A stretch of 64,000 nucleotides of DNA. Origin: Nitrosopumilus sp. GTDB lineage: Archaea; Thermoproteota; Nitrososphaeria; Nitrososphaerales; Nitrosopumilaceae. The notes under the pieces were generated by a model. It worked only from the letters and a program-made list of their open reading frames with translations. It had not been told where the DNA came from and ran no database searches. Below, one piece after another: positions 40,427 to 50,607 of this stretch. How positions within the stretch are numbered: position 1 is the first letter of the stretch; every line of letters starts with the position of its first letter. A program made the position numbers and the translations under genes. The stretch covers positions 928,001 to 992,000 of the forward strand of contig OZ243974.1 in the NCBI GenBank assembly GCA_965214775.1, read 5' to 3'.

Positions 40427-40938
40427 CTAGCCTGCAGCCTCGGCTCCCTTCCAAGTACAAGGTTGCGAACCCTGACCATTTTTCTGGCAAGCATAAACCC
40501 CGCGCCGGACATTGAGCTTCCAAGTATGATGTGCAGTATGTTAGAATCCTGCTGTGGCGCGACAAGCATGACATACGCAAATCCCGCAATCATCAGTACC
40601 ACGCCGAATGCCGCAAACAGGGCCATCATGGTAGGTACCCGCGCAGGAACAGGCGGCAGTGCCTTTTCGTCAGATGAGATCTCTGAGAAGTCAAGATCCT
40701 TGCAGACATGGCAGCAGCGGTGCCGCTTTTTGTTTTGCCAGCTGGTCGTTAAAAAGAAGAACTCTTGGTGGCACGAGTCACATTTTCTTTTGGGCAGTGT
40801 GATGTGTCCGTTGTCATCAAAGTCCTGGCCGACCTTTTTCATGCATTCCCTGCAAAAGTATCCGGGAACCCTCCACTGCTTTTGAAAGTTGTACTTCTTC
40901 CAGCCAAGCGTGACATTGCAGCCGGTGCACGAGGTCAT
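40423..40938 (-). CDS. Cys-rich (zinc-ribbon) protein with two C-terminal TM helices
   Basis: Four CxxC-type pairs; overlaps the dur3 stop and the USP start. Confidence 0.7.
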   Translation of the reverse strand: MTSCTGCNVTLGWKKYNFQKQWRVPGYFCRECMKKVGQDFDDNGHITLPKRKCDSCHQEFFFLTTSWQNKKRHRCCHVCKDLDFSEISSDEKALPPVPARVPTMMALFAAFGVVLMIAGFAYVMLVAPQQDSNILHIILGSSMSGAGFMLARKMVRVRNLVLGREPRLQAR

Positions 40939-42941
40939 GCGCCCCCTCCTCCCGAGGATTCGGGTGCCTGGTTCTTGCCAAGCACCTGCGCAATTCCCTT
41001 TCTTGCTTCGATTATTGGCAGGAAGATTATGAAGAAGGACGCTACGCTGACCCAGACGACTGATATTCCGACCCAGGCGCTGTATGCCAGTATGTCAAAT
41101 ACCATGCCGGATGCAATAAGCGGCATCGGCCACGCAATGATCAGTACCAGGGTCATGATGCCCCCGCCCTTGAGGCTGAACTTGAACGCCTTTTTGAGGG
41201 TCTCCTCGTTCTCGGTTACCTGGGCAGACTCGGCCTCGGTCAGCTCGACAAGGGTGATCTTCTCCTTGAGATCCTTCCAGTCAAAGGTCGACTTTGTTGC
41301 AAGGCTTCCGATTACAGTTATCGCACCGCCTGTCAGAATTCCGGCAATATTTCCAAACAGCATCGAGTAGTTGTGGCCTAGGCTGTCAAGGTTGATCTGG
41401 CCTCCGTACTCGGGCAGTGATGCTGCGACCGCCAGCCAGGTGGTCAGCGCAACGCCCAGGCCGATTATCGCGCCCGAGGTGGCAGCGACCCTGTTTGTCC
41501 GCCTCCAGAGAATCGTCAGTGCGATCGGGATTACCGCCGCGCCGATTATGATGCCCATTGCAAGGTACACAAAGCCCAAGCTCAGTCCCATGTATAGCAA
41601 CATTACTGCAAGGCCCCCCATCCCTAGGCCGAACCCAACAATCGTCGCCCTGGAAACCTTGACGAGCTTTCTGCCGGAGGCATTTGGGTTCTTGTACGTC
41701 CGGTATATGTCATATGTAATCAGCGAGGAGACGGCAATCAGCTCCGCGGATCCCGCGGACGTCACTGCCATGAACAGCATCGTAAGCACCATGATTGCGC
41801 CGACCTCGCCCATGAGCGCAGTTGCGGCCGCAGGAACCACCAGTCCCAGCTGGACCTGTGCGGGCGTCAGGTCAACGTCCAGCGCGACTGCCGTGAGCCC
41901 CATCGTAGTGGCCAGGGTAAACGGAATTGCAAACCAGCATGCGCCGCCAAGCAAAAAGCCCTTTACGGTGGAGGACGGTTTTGCGGCAATCGCCCTCTGC
42001 CAGTATGCCTGATCAACGAAGACGGTTCCAAAGTTTCCCACTATGTTGATGATGCCAAACATCAGGCCTCCGATTGAGGCCATCGTCAGGAACGCGCCTG
42101 CCGCGTTTCCTTCAATGGGCCTCAGCTCGGCGGCCTCGACAAGCTTGTGGTACATTCCCTCGACGCCGCCGGTGATGTCGCTGTTGACGTATACGGCCGC
42201 AACGAATGTCAGGATTACGACGAATATGATTATTGTATGCATATAGTCGGCAACAAAGGTTGCCTTGAGGCCGCCGACCAGGGTGTAAATCATCACGCCA
42301 ACGGGGATCAAAAAGGCGGCAAGGGATATGTCCATCCCAGTCAGGCCGTTGACCACTGCGGAGCCGCCAAGAAGAAGCATTGCAGTCACGATCATATTGG
42401 TAGTCAGCGCAAAGACGAGGAACACCTTGTGCGAGCCGTTGCCATACCGCGCACGAATGATTTCTAGGAACGTGTGCGCGTTTGGCGCCTTGCGCTTTAG
42501 CTCAATGGCCAGGATTCCAAACAGGAGGACCTGGATTGACGCGCCTGCCGCATACCAGAACGGGCCGCTGATCCCGTACTGGTACGCCACCGTGGATGAC
42601 TGGAGCAGGGTTGCCGCCCAGGTCCAGGCCGAAACGATTGCGGCCGCAGTCAGCCCGGTCTTTATAGTACGGCCCGCAGTATTGAACATCTCGGAGGTCT
42701 GGTTGACGCCGAGGTATCTCTCCTCGATCTTCACCTCGACTGTAATGATGACGGCAAACACCGCACCAAGGCCGACGACGACTGCCCAGCCTATCCATTC
42801 AGGCAGGGCCTCGCCGATTGCAAACCCCTCTGAGATCTCGCCTGCCCCAAAGGCTGCATGTGGGGAGCACGCGGCAATTACGGCAGCTATGGCAAAAAAC
42901 GGAAGAACTCCCACGAGATTTCCATGCCTCATGAAACCCAA
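40935..42941 (-). CDS. dur3: Dur3-type urea active transporter (SSS family)
   Basis: SAWTWAATLLQSS, FWYAAGA, GGLKATF and GNFGTVFVDQAYWQR motifs; adjacent to urease genes. Confidence 0.92.
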   Translation of the reverse strand: MGFMRHGNLVGVLPFFAIAAVIAACSPHAAFGAGEISEGFAIGEALPEWIGWAVVVGLGAVFAVIITVEVKIEERYLGVNQTSEMFNTAGRTIKTGLTAAAIVSAWTWAATLLQSSTVAYQYGISGPFWYAAGASIQVLLFGILAIELKRKAPNAHTFLEIIRARYGNGSHKVFLVFALTTNMIVTAMLLLGGSAVVNGLTGMDISLAAFLIPVGVMIYTLVGGLKATFVADYMHTIIIFVVILTFVAAVYVNSDITGGVEGMYHKLVEAAELRPIEGNAAGAFLTMASIGGLMFGIINIVGNFGTVFVDQAYWQRAIAAKPSSTVKGFLLGGACWFAIPFTLATTMGLTAVALDVDLTPAQVQLGLVVPAAATALMGEVGAIMVLTMLFMAVTSAGSAELIAVSSLITYDIYRTYKNPNASGRKLVKVSRATIVGFGLGMGGLAVMLLYMGLSLGFVYLAMGIIIGAAVIPIALTILWRRTNRVAATSGAIIGLGVALTTWLAVAASLPEYGGQINLDSLGHNYSMLFGNIAGILTGGAITVIGSLATKSTFDWKDLKEKITLVELTEAESAQVTENEETLKKAFKFSLKGGGIMTLVLIIAWPMPLIASGMVFDILAYSAWVGISVVWVSVASFFIIFLPIIEARKGIAQVLGKNQAPESSGGGGA

Positions 42942-43035
42942 TGAGGCGGGATTTACTTAGCAGTTCAAGAGGTTGGTTTCTTTAAATATGAAACGCCTGA
43001 TCGGGTACCGGGTTTCAGTCGATGTCGGCAAAAAA

Positions 43036-44748
43036 TCAGTACAGGCTGTACAGCCGGGACAGCGACAGCCGGTCTGACGGATTGACGGTCGCAACCTTTC
43101 CGTCCACCCTTACCTCGTATGTCTCAGGATTAACCTCGATCTTCGGGGTAAGGCTGTTGTGAACCATGTCCTTTTTTCCGATATCGCGGCAGTCTTTTAC
43201 GGGGACAAGCCTCTTTTTGACGCTGATCTTGGATTCCAGCCCCTTCTCCAGCGCCAGCCCTGACGTAAACGTAAGCGATGTGGAGTGCCTTGCCTCCCCT
43301 AGGGCGCCAAACATGGGCCGGTAGTAGACCGGCTCCGTGGTGGGAATCGATGCGTTTGGATCCCCCATCAGCGAATATGCCACGAGCCCCCCCTTGATTA
43401 TAAGCTTGGGCTTTATTCCAAAAAACTGCGGCGTCCAGACTATGATGTCTGCCAGCCTTCCAGGCTCAAGGGAGCCGACATGCCCGGAGATTCCGTGGGT
43501 GATTGCGGGATTGACTGTAATCTTTGCAAGGTACCGCTTTACCCGGAGGTTGTCGTTGTCCCCGGTCTCGCCGGCAAGCGGCCCGGTCATCCTCTTCATC
43601 TTGTCTGCAGTCTGCCAGTTTCTTGTCGTAACCTCGCCGACCCTTCCCATGGCCTGGCTGTCCGAGGACATCATGCTTATTGCCCCGATGTCGTGCAGTA
43701 CGTCCTCGGCGGCAATTGTCTCCCCCCTGATTCTTGACTCGGCAAAGGAGACGTCCTCGGGAACCGAGGGGTTGAGGTGGTGGCAGACCATCATCATGTC
43801 AAGGTGCTCTGCCAGCGTGTTGACGGTAAACGGCCTCGTGGGGTTTGTAGACGACGGAAGGACGTTAGCCTCGCCTGCCATCTTCATGATGTCAGGCGCA
43901 TGGCCGCCGCCTGCCCCCTCGGTGTGATAGGTGTGGATCGTTCGGCCGCCGATTGCCTCAATCGTGTCATCCACAAAGCCGCACTCGTTTAGCGTGTCGG
44001 TATGGATGGCAACCTGGGTGTCGGTCTTGTCGGCCACGCGCAGCGCGGAGTCTATTGCAGCAGGAGTTGAGCCCCAGTCCTCGTGCAGCTTCAGGCCGCA
44101 GGCTCCCGCCTCGATCTGCTCGATCAGGGCAGGCTCCTGCGAGTCGTTTCCCTTGCACAGGAACCCAAAGTTGAGGGGAAGCTCTTCTGCTGCCTCGATC
44201 ATCCTGTGGATGTTCCAGGCCCCCGGGGTGCACGTGGTCGCTTTTGTCCCGTCGGCCGGACCCGTGCCGCCGCCGATCATCGTAGTCGTTCCGTTGCAGA
44301 TTGCATCAATGGCCTGCTGCGGCGAGATAAAGTGGACGTGTGAGTCTACTGTCCCCGGGGTGCAGATCGTGTGCTCGCCGGCAATGACCTCGGTGTTTGA
44401 GGAGATTACCATGTCGATTCCGTCCATGACGTTTGGATTTCCCGCGTTTCCAACGCCGGCTATCCTGCCGTCCTTGATTCCAATGTCGCCCTTTACTATT
44501 CCCAGGATTGGATCCAGTACAATCGCGTTGGTGACTACCAGGTCCAGTGAGTTCTCCCTTGTGACGCCGCTTGCCTGGGCCATTCCGTCCCTTGCGCTTT
44601 TTCCGCCGCCAAAGACTGCCTCGTCGCCGTACCTGAGGAGATCCCTTTCGATCTCTATGATTAAATCGGTGTCCCCGAGTCTTATCCTGTCCCCCGTTGT
44701 CGGGCCGAAGAGCTCGACGTATCTCCGCCTTGGAATTGCCAGCGTCAC
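43036..44748 (-). CDS. ureC: Urease alpha subunit
   Basis: [34 protein letters not shown] and SSDSQAMGR motifs. Confidence 0.98.
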   Translation of the reverse strand: MTLAIPRRRYVELFGPTTGDRIRLGDTDLIIEIERDLLRYGDEAVFGGGKSARDGMAQASGVTRENSLDLVVTNAIVLDPILGIVKGDIGIKDGRIAGVGNAGNPNVMDGIDMVISSNTEVIAGEHTICTPGTVDSHVHFISPQQAIDAICNGTTTMIGGGTGPADGTKATTCTPGAWNIHRMIEAAEELPLNFGFLCKGNDSQEPALIEQIEAGACGLKLHEDWGSTPAAIDSALRVADKTDTQVAIHTDTLNECGFVDDTIEAIGGRTIHTYHTEGAGGGHAPDIMKMAGEANVLPSSTNPTRPFTVNTLAEHLDMMMVCHHLNPSVPEDVSFAESRIRGETIAAEDVLHDIGAISMMSSDSQAMGRVGEVTTRNWQTADKMKRMTGPLAGETGDNDNLRVKRYLAKITVNPAITHGISGHVGSLEPGRLADIIVWTPQFFGIKPKLIIKGGLVAYSLMGDPNASIPTTEPVYYRPMFGALGEARHSTSLTFTSGLALEKGLESKISVKKRLVPVKDCRDIGKKDMVHNSLTPKIEVNPETYEVRVDGKVATVNPSDRLSLSRLYSLY

Positions 44749-45122
44749 AAAGAGACCTCCCTGAATCCCCTCTCCCTTGCCCTTTGAAGCGCCTCCGTCC
44801 TTTTCTCGTCAAGATTCCCGTTGACCAGCCCGCTGAATCCAAAGACGATCCTTTTTCCGCCGTACTCGACAAGATCCACCTCCCTGGAGTCACCCGGCTC
44901 GAATCTTACAGACGTTCCCGCAGGGATGTTGAGATGAAACCCATAGGCCCTTTCCCTTGCAAAGGAGAGCGCCTTGTTTGCCTCAAAAAAGTGCGTGTGC
45001 GAGCCGACCTGGACCGGCCTGTCGCCCGTGTTGGATACACGCAGGGTGACGGTGTTTCTTCCCACGTTGGCAAGGATCTCGCCGTCAGATATCATGTACT
45101 CGCCGGGCCTCATGCATATCAC
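44745..45122 (-). CDS. ureB: Urease beta subunit
   Basis: [17 protein letters not shown] and [12 protein letters not shown] motifs. Confidence 0.97.
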   Translation of the reverse strand: MICMRPGEYMISDGEILANVGRNTVTLRVSNTGDRPVQVGSHTHFFEANKALSFARERAYGFHLNIPAGTSVRFEPGDSREVDLVEYGGKRIVFGFSGLVNGNLDEKRTEALQRARERGFREVSL

Positions 45123-45421
45123 ACTATGGGGTCGTGGACCGTGACCAGCTTTGTCCCGTCCTCAAAGGTGGCCTCCACCTGAATTGAATGAATCAGCTCC
45201 GGAACCCCGGGCAGCACGTCATCCTTTGAGAGGACCCTCCTTCCGGAGCTCATAAGGTCGGAGACGGATCTTCCGTCACGCGCCCCCTCCAGGATGTGAT
45301 CCGTGATTAGTGCCACGGCCTCCGGATGGTTTAACTTTAGGCCCCTGTCCTTTCTGCGCCCGGCAAGCTGTGCTGCCAGAAAGACATGCAGCTTGTCCAT
45401 CTCCCGGGGGGTAAGCATCAT
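45119..45421 (-). CDS. ureA: Urease gamma subunit
   Basis: LTPRE.DKL, LNHPEA and [18 protein letters not shown] motifs. Confidence 0.97.
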   Translation of the reverse strand: MMLTPREMDKLHVFLAAQLAGRRKDRGLKLNHPEAVALITDHILEGARDGRSVSDLMSSGRRVLSKDDVLPGVPELIHSIQVEATFEDGTKLVTVHDPIV

Positions 45422-46295
45422 TGAAGCGACTAGCCGGTCAATGTATTTAATAGTTAAAGGCGGTCTTCACATATGTAACCCGACTCGTGGCGGCGCAGAC
45501 GGTGACGTGCGGATCTGCAGGCAGCCCTGCTTGAACTGTTTCGGGTTTGAGGTCGTTTTGTGGGGAAATTTTGGGAAGGCTGTACGGCATCTCTTCAAAC
45601 GATTCTCAGCTTGAAGACAATCGCGCGCCTGTTCTGTCCCTCGGAGTTTGGTCGCGTATCCATGTAATGAGAGACATATTCCAGCGTGTACCGGTAAACG
45701 AGACGATTGGGCTCTCGCTTTTCGAAATACAGCAGCTTAAAATCTCCGTCTCTTGCATATCTGATGATACTTTTGTTGCCTCTAGCCATCTCTTGGTCTC
45801 CATCCCCCTCTCCATCATACTCCACAACCCCATTCTTTACATCTACGCGATCGTTGTATTTCCGCCCCCAACTCTGATCAGATGGGGAGCTGATCAGGAT
45901 AACAACCTTGTTCTTTATAGACGGGCGTATTCCGCCGGAGTTTTTGACCTTAAATCGCTCGTACAACTGTTTTTCCGTAAACGCCTCTCCGATGCGTGGA
46001 ATGATTGGGTTTCCGGTCATGTCTGGTGCGGCGTTTGATGGTTGTTTGGACTGACCGAACTCACGGAAATGCTGGTCAACCTGATGATCCCTGTCTGGTG
46101 CGGCGTTTGATGGTTGTTTGGACCGGATGTTGACTCTGTCGTCTTTAGATGCAACGACATCTTCCCTCATCTTCTTTGGAGGCCTAGCTTTACCATGTTT
46201 ATCCAAAACCCAGTATGCCTCTAACCGATCCTTCGCTGGCATGTTGATTATGGCAGATGCTGGATCATCGCGGTATTCTTTTTGTTTAACATACC

Positions 46296-47780
46296 AGACT
46301 TTATGCGTAATTGGAAAATCTGATCTAAAAATACAACACAACAGATCATGGTTTGCATACCTACAACCATAAAGATCAGTAATGGTTCTCTAACGGTATG
46401 GGTTCAGATGTCGAGCTTGTCCAAACACTGCAAGAGCAAAACAAGAGTTTGGTAGAGCAAAACGAGCATCTGAAGAGCAGGCTTGCGTTTGAGGACTCGT
46501 TGTGGCAGTCCGAAGAAAACAAGACAAAAAGAGTCGTGCGCGGCGGGACGCCTCTGCGGATGCACGCAATCGAGGTTGCAGACGGCATAATCGGCGATCC
46601 GGTGCGCCTTCGCAACGTCACGGGATGCACAAAGGAGTCATTTACGATCATACTGGAGCGCTTTACGGAAGAAGTCATGGACGACGAGGACAGACCCCTG
46701 TTCTGGGAGGACGACGTAAGAGGCGGCGATGCCGGAAACCGGTGCAAGCTGTACATCAGGCACGCGCTGCTTGCAGTACTCATGAGCATAAGGACCAAGG
46801 CAACGCAGCATCATCTGGCCGCAACGTTTGACGTCGACCAGTCCACAATGTCCAGGTACCTCCGGTACGGTGCCGTGTTACTGCGCCAGCTCCTGCCTGC
46901 CTCCGAAAAGCTAACAAGCATCATCTGCAAGACCCCGGCAGGCAAGCTGGAGGAGGTGCTGATCCCAAAAAAGACGCTCCTGATTGACGGTACCCTGACT
47001 CCGGTAGACAGGCCCGGGGACAGGACCGCAAGAAAGACCAGATATTCGGGAAGAAAAAAGCGGCACATGTTCAACACGATAATTACCTCGAACCTGGACG
47101 GCCTCATACTGCACTGCGGCAAGACTGTGGACGGAAGCGTCAACGACAAGGGCGTGATGAACGCAGGGGGCGGCCCGGACTTTGGAAGGCACACCGGATC
47201 AATGAGGAATGCAAAAAACGCAGACGATCCGGAAGAGGCGTTTGTCGTTTTCAGCGACCTGGGATTTGAGGGCATTCAAAAGATGCTTCCGGGCGCCATA
47301 CACAGGCAGCCCCCAAAGAAGCCCAGGGACGGGGATCTTACTGCAACGCAAAAGAGGCGCCGCAAGCAGATAAGCAGGGTCCGCGTCAGGGTGGAGCACC
47401 ACATAGGGCGGCTCAAAAGATATGGCATTCTTACCATGCCGTTTGGCGGAACTGCCAAGGATCTAAACTATTTCATGCAGATAATCACGGGTCTTGAGAA
47501 CCTCAAGACGATGTTGAAAAGGAAAAAACACTATGGCCAGCTGCTGCAGCAGCTGCATCTGCTGCCAGACACATGACATACGGCGGTACGGACCGCCATT
47601 CTTTCTGACTTGTCAACGGGGCACATTGCCGTGCTGCATGGTTGCGCACGTTCTTTTGGCGCAACTGGCTTTTATGTGCGTCATGACACGAGATGCATGC
47701 GGTAATTTGATCCGATCAGCGCATTTGCGTTTGGAAAAGCCTACGGAATTTTTAATCACGGTCGATTACGCATAAAGTCT
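46296..47780 (+). mobile_element. IS5-family (ISL2-like, DDE_Tnp_4 type) element, copy 1, 1485 bp
   Basis: TIR AGACTTTATGCGTAAT; 3-bp duplication ACC at 46293-95 and 47781-83. Confidence 0.93.
46398..47576 (+). CDS. IS5/ISL2-type transposase
   Basis: HTH (LAATFDVDQSTMSR), IDGT, YSGRKKRH, SDLGFEG and RVRVEHHIGRLK motifs. Confidence 0.92.
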   Translation: MGSDVELVQTLQEQNKSLVEQNEHLKSRLAFEDSLWQSEENKTKRVVRGGTPLRMHAIEVADGIIGDPVRLRNVTGCTKESFTIILERFTEEVMDDEDRPLFWEDDVRGGDAGNRCKLYIRHALLAVLMSIRTKATQHHLAATFDVDQSTMSRYLRYGAVLLRQLLPASEKLTSIICKTPAGKLEEVLIPKKTLLIDGTLTPVDRPGDRTARKTRYSGRKKRHMFNTIITSNLDGLILHCGKTVDGSVNDKGVMNAGGGPDFGRHTGSMRNAKNADDPEEAFVVFSDLGFEGIQKMLPGAIHRQPPKKPRDGDLTATQKRRRKQISRVRVRVEHHIGRLKRYGILTMPFGGTAKDLNYFMQIITGLENLKTMLKRKKHYGQLLQQLHLLPDT

Positions 47781-48437
47781 ACCAGTCTCCATTGAGTATG
47801 TGTACGTTAAACCTCTTCCGTATCTCACCTGAGAAAGCGATAAAATCTATGTCGAACGTAAACAACACGACATCGTAATTCTTTGCTCGCTCTGCAAGAT
47901 ATATGGCTCTGGCCAGTATTTGGATGTCACGTGTGGCATCCTCTTTTGATATGCTAATGGAATGTGGATACTCGGGGTCTCTCCTATGCTTTATCATGTT
48001 CCATCTCCTTCTTTGTTGGGCAAATTTGTCATCACCATTTATGAAATCATACATTTCTACTACCCGATCTTCCAGCGCATTCTGTTCCTCTTCTGGGATC
48101 GTGGATTCATTTGATTCGGTGTTGGACACATTATCGGTGCACTGCTTGTGCTTGGAATCCAACACGGGGTTCAAGTGTTTTTTTTTTGGCAACACTCTCG
48201 TACTCTTTCATGACGTTTCTCATTATGAAAAATCTTGGATCGTTGTTAAAAAACGAGGCCACTGCACGATGACGATCATCATTTACATCACGATATATCT
48301 TACAAACGTTGGTTTCTGGCAGCAGAACAATGTCGTGGTTTAAGGTCGGGCCACGAGTATTTTTACTGCTCATCGTCATTGTAACAAAACACCTCTCAAA
48401 TATAACACGTTGTATCATCCTGGTTCTGGGATCTGTT

Positions 48438-48522
48438 GTAACTGATCGGGTTCTGGAAGCCGTTTCTGGTTTTGGGCGCGAATCTACCAAGAGGGCCTCC
48501 GAGATGGCAAAGCTCACTCCTT
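48438..48522. mobile_element. MITE family A, partial copy
   Basis: GTAACTGATCGGGTTCTGGAAGCCGTTTCTG... Confidence 0.7.
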
Positions 48523-48550
48523 GAGATCACGGTTCTGGACAACGCCGACT

Positions 48551-50085
48551 AGACTTTATGCGTAATCGACCGTGATTAAAAATTCCGTAGGCTTTTCCAA
48601 ACGCAAATGCGCTGATCGGATCAAATTACCGCATGCATCTCGTGTCATGACGCACATAAAAGCCAGTTGCGCCAAAAGAACGTGCGCAACCATGCAGCAC
48701 GGCAATGTGCCCCGTTGACAAGTCAGAAAGAATGGCGGTCCGTACCGCCGTATGTCATGTGTCTGGCAGCAGATGCAGCTGCTGCAGCAGCTGGCCATAG
48801 TGTTTTTTCCTTTTCAACATCGTCTTGAGGTTCTCAAGACCCGTGATTATCTGCATGAAATAGTTTAGATCCTTGGCAGTTCCGCCAAACGGCATGGTAA
48901 GAATGCCATATCTTTTGAGCCGCCCTATGTGGTGCTCCACCCTGACGCGGACCCTGCTTATCTGCTTGCGGCGCCTCTTTTGCGTTGCAGTAAGATCCCC
49001 GTCCCTGGGCTTCTTTGGGGGCTGCCTGTGTATGGCGCCCGGAAGCATCTTTTGAATGCCCTCAAATCCCAGGTCGCTGAAAACGACAAACGCCTCTTCC
49101 GGATCGTCTGCGTTTTTTGCATTCCTCATTGATCCGGTGTGCCTTCCAAAGTCCGGGCCGCCCCCTGCGTTCATCACGCCCTTGTCGTTGACGCTTCCGT
49201 CCACAGTCTTGCCGCAGTGCAGTATGAGGCCGTCCAGGTTCGAGGTAATTATCGTGTTGAACATGTGCCGCTTTTTTCTTCCCGAATATCTGGTCTTTCT
49301 TGCGGTCCTGTCCCCGGGCCTGTCTACCGGAGTCAGGGTGCCGTCAATCAGGAGCGTCTTTTTTGGGATCAGCACCTCCTCCAGCTTGCCTGCCGGGGTC
49401 TTGCAGATGATGCTTGTTAGCTTTTCGGAGGCAGGCAGGAGCTGGCGCAGTAACACGGCACCGTACCGGAGGTACCTGGACATTGTGGACTGGTCGACGT
49501 CAAACGTTGCGGCCAGATGATGCTGCGTTGCCTTGGTCCTTATGCTCATGAGTACTGCAAGCAGCGCGTGCCTGATGTACAGCTTGCACCGGTTTCCGGC
49601 ATCGCCGCCTCTTACGTCGTCCTCCCAGAACAGGGGTCTGTCCTCGTCGTCCATGACTTCTTCCGTAAAGCGCTCCAGTATGATCGTAAATGACTCCTTT
49701 GTGCATCCCGTGACGTTGCGAAGGCGCACCGGATCGCCGATTATGCCGTCTGCAACCTCGATTGCGTGCATCCGCAGAGGCGTCCCGCCGCGCACGACTC
49801 TTTTTGTCTTGTTTTCTTCGGACTGCCACAACGAGTCCTCAAACGCAAGCTGCTTCCTCATACGCTCGTTTTGCTTGGACATCTGTTTGTTTTGCTTGGA
49901 TACCTGCTCGTGTTGCTCGACTAGCATCTCGTGTTGCGCTTGTAACGCTTGAAATGCTTGGAGAGTCTTGTCATTTGAGCCCATACAGTTAGGGAATCAT
50001 ACAGATCTTTAGGGTTGTTGGTGTGCAAATAATGATCTATTGTGTCGTATTTTTAGATCAGATGGGCCGATTACGCATAAAGTCT
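48551..50085 (-). mobile_element. IS5-family element, copy 2, 1535 bp, inverted relative to copy 1
   Basis: Same TIR; 3-bp duplication ACT at 48548-50 and 50086-88. Confidence 0.93.
48755..49984 (-). CDS. IS5/ISL2-type transposase with a longer N-terminus
   Basis: Protein identical to copy 1 from LAFEDSLW onward. Confidence 0.92.
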   Translation of the reverse strand: MGSNDKTLQAFQALQAQHEMLVEQHEQVSKQNKQMSKQNERMRKQLAFEDSLWQSEENKTKRVVRGGTPLRMHAIEVADGIIGDPVRLRNVTGCTKESFTIILERFTEEVMDDEDRPLFWEDDVRGGDAGNRCKLYIRHALLAVLMSIRTKATQHHLAATFDVDQSTMSRYLRYGAVLLRQLLPASEKLTSIICKTPAGKLEEVLIPKKTLLIDGTLTPVDRPGDRTARKTRYSGRKKRHMFNTIITSNLDGLILHCGKTVDGSVNDKGVMNAGGGPDFGRHTGSMRNAKNADDPEEAFVVFSDLGFEGIQKMLPGAIHRQPPKKPRDGDLTATQKRRRKQISRVRVRVEHHIGRLKRYGILTMPFGGTAKDLNYFMQIITGLENLKTMLKRKKHYGQLLQQLHLLPDT

Positions 50086-50089
50086 ACTA

Positions 50090-50257
50090 TAGTGACGATT
50101 AAAAGTTTTTGAGCACACATGGGTGTAAACTACACAGGAAGACACTTTTTGGTGATCAAAGACTTTCAGTCGCCACTATAGCAACGAGCAGAAATAATTG
50201 AGGTTTTTTACGCGTAGTTATGACCTGCTTTGACTCAAAGACTTCTGCCCGTTGCCA
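50090..50257. mobile_element. MITE family H (50090-50178) with MITE C (50179-50257) inserted at its terminal TA
   Basis: H TIR TAGTGACGATTAAAAGT / ACTTTCAGTCGCCACTA; C TAGCAACG...CGTTGCCA followed by TATA. Confidence 0.82.
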
Positions 50258-50607
50258 TATAGAGTCAAAAATTCCTGAAATTTTAGATGCTGTTTGATTA
50301 TCCTAGTTCTAATATTTGATCATACAGATATGCCTGGACGGGAAACATGTTTTTAATAATTTTTCCTTGCTCGGATTTTTCCCATGTTTTCCAACAATTT
50401 TATGTAACTCCTTAGTTTCTTCTGATCCTTCCAATTTCGATATCCTGTTTCTTTCAGTTATTATCTCGTTAGTTTTGCTGTTGATATCTTCTATGTTTTT
50501 CTCTTTTTTGAAATATTTTTGTATCAGGACACTCATGATCTTCAAAAATAAAATATCAGACACATGCGTATATTCCTTGTACGTTGTACCCCTCTGACAT
50601 GCTGACG

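Larger units (their letters stand above)
45595..48379 (-). pseudogene. PIN-domain + SRA-like domain fusion gene (431 aa restored), interrupted by an IS5-type element and an A10 frameshift
   Basis: Removing 46296-47783 joins ILNGDW-YVKQKEYR in frame; shortening A10 to A9 at 48178-87 joins SVAKKK-HLNPV; PIN motifs LLPETNV, V.KE, DIQILA.A, LFTFDIDF; SRA-like GGIR, YND, Y.GEG.GDQ...GN, RRAIVFKL. Confidence 0.75.

Noticed and set aside
40765-45182. Long antisense ORFs over dur3 and ureABC (also over the transposases and the second dur3)
   Set aside because: Shadow ORFs expected in GC-rich coding DNA; no recognisable motifs.
46296-50085. Composite transposon formed by the two inverted IS5-type copies
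   Set aside because: Each copy has its own 3-bp target duplication (ACC, ACT), and copy 1 splits a gene that continues outside the pair, so these are independent insertions.
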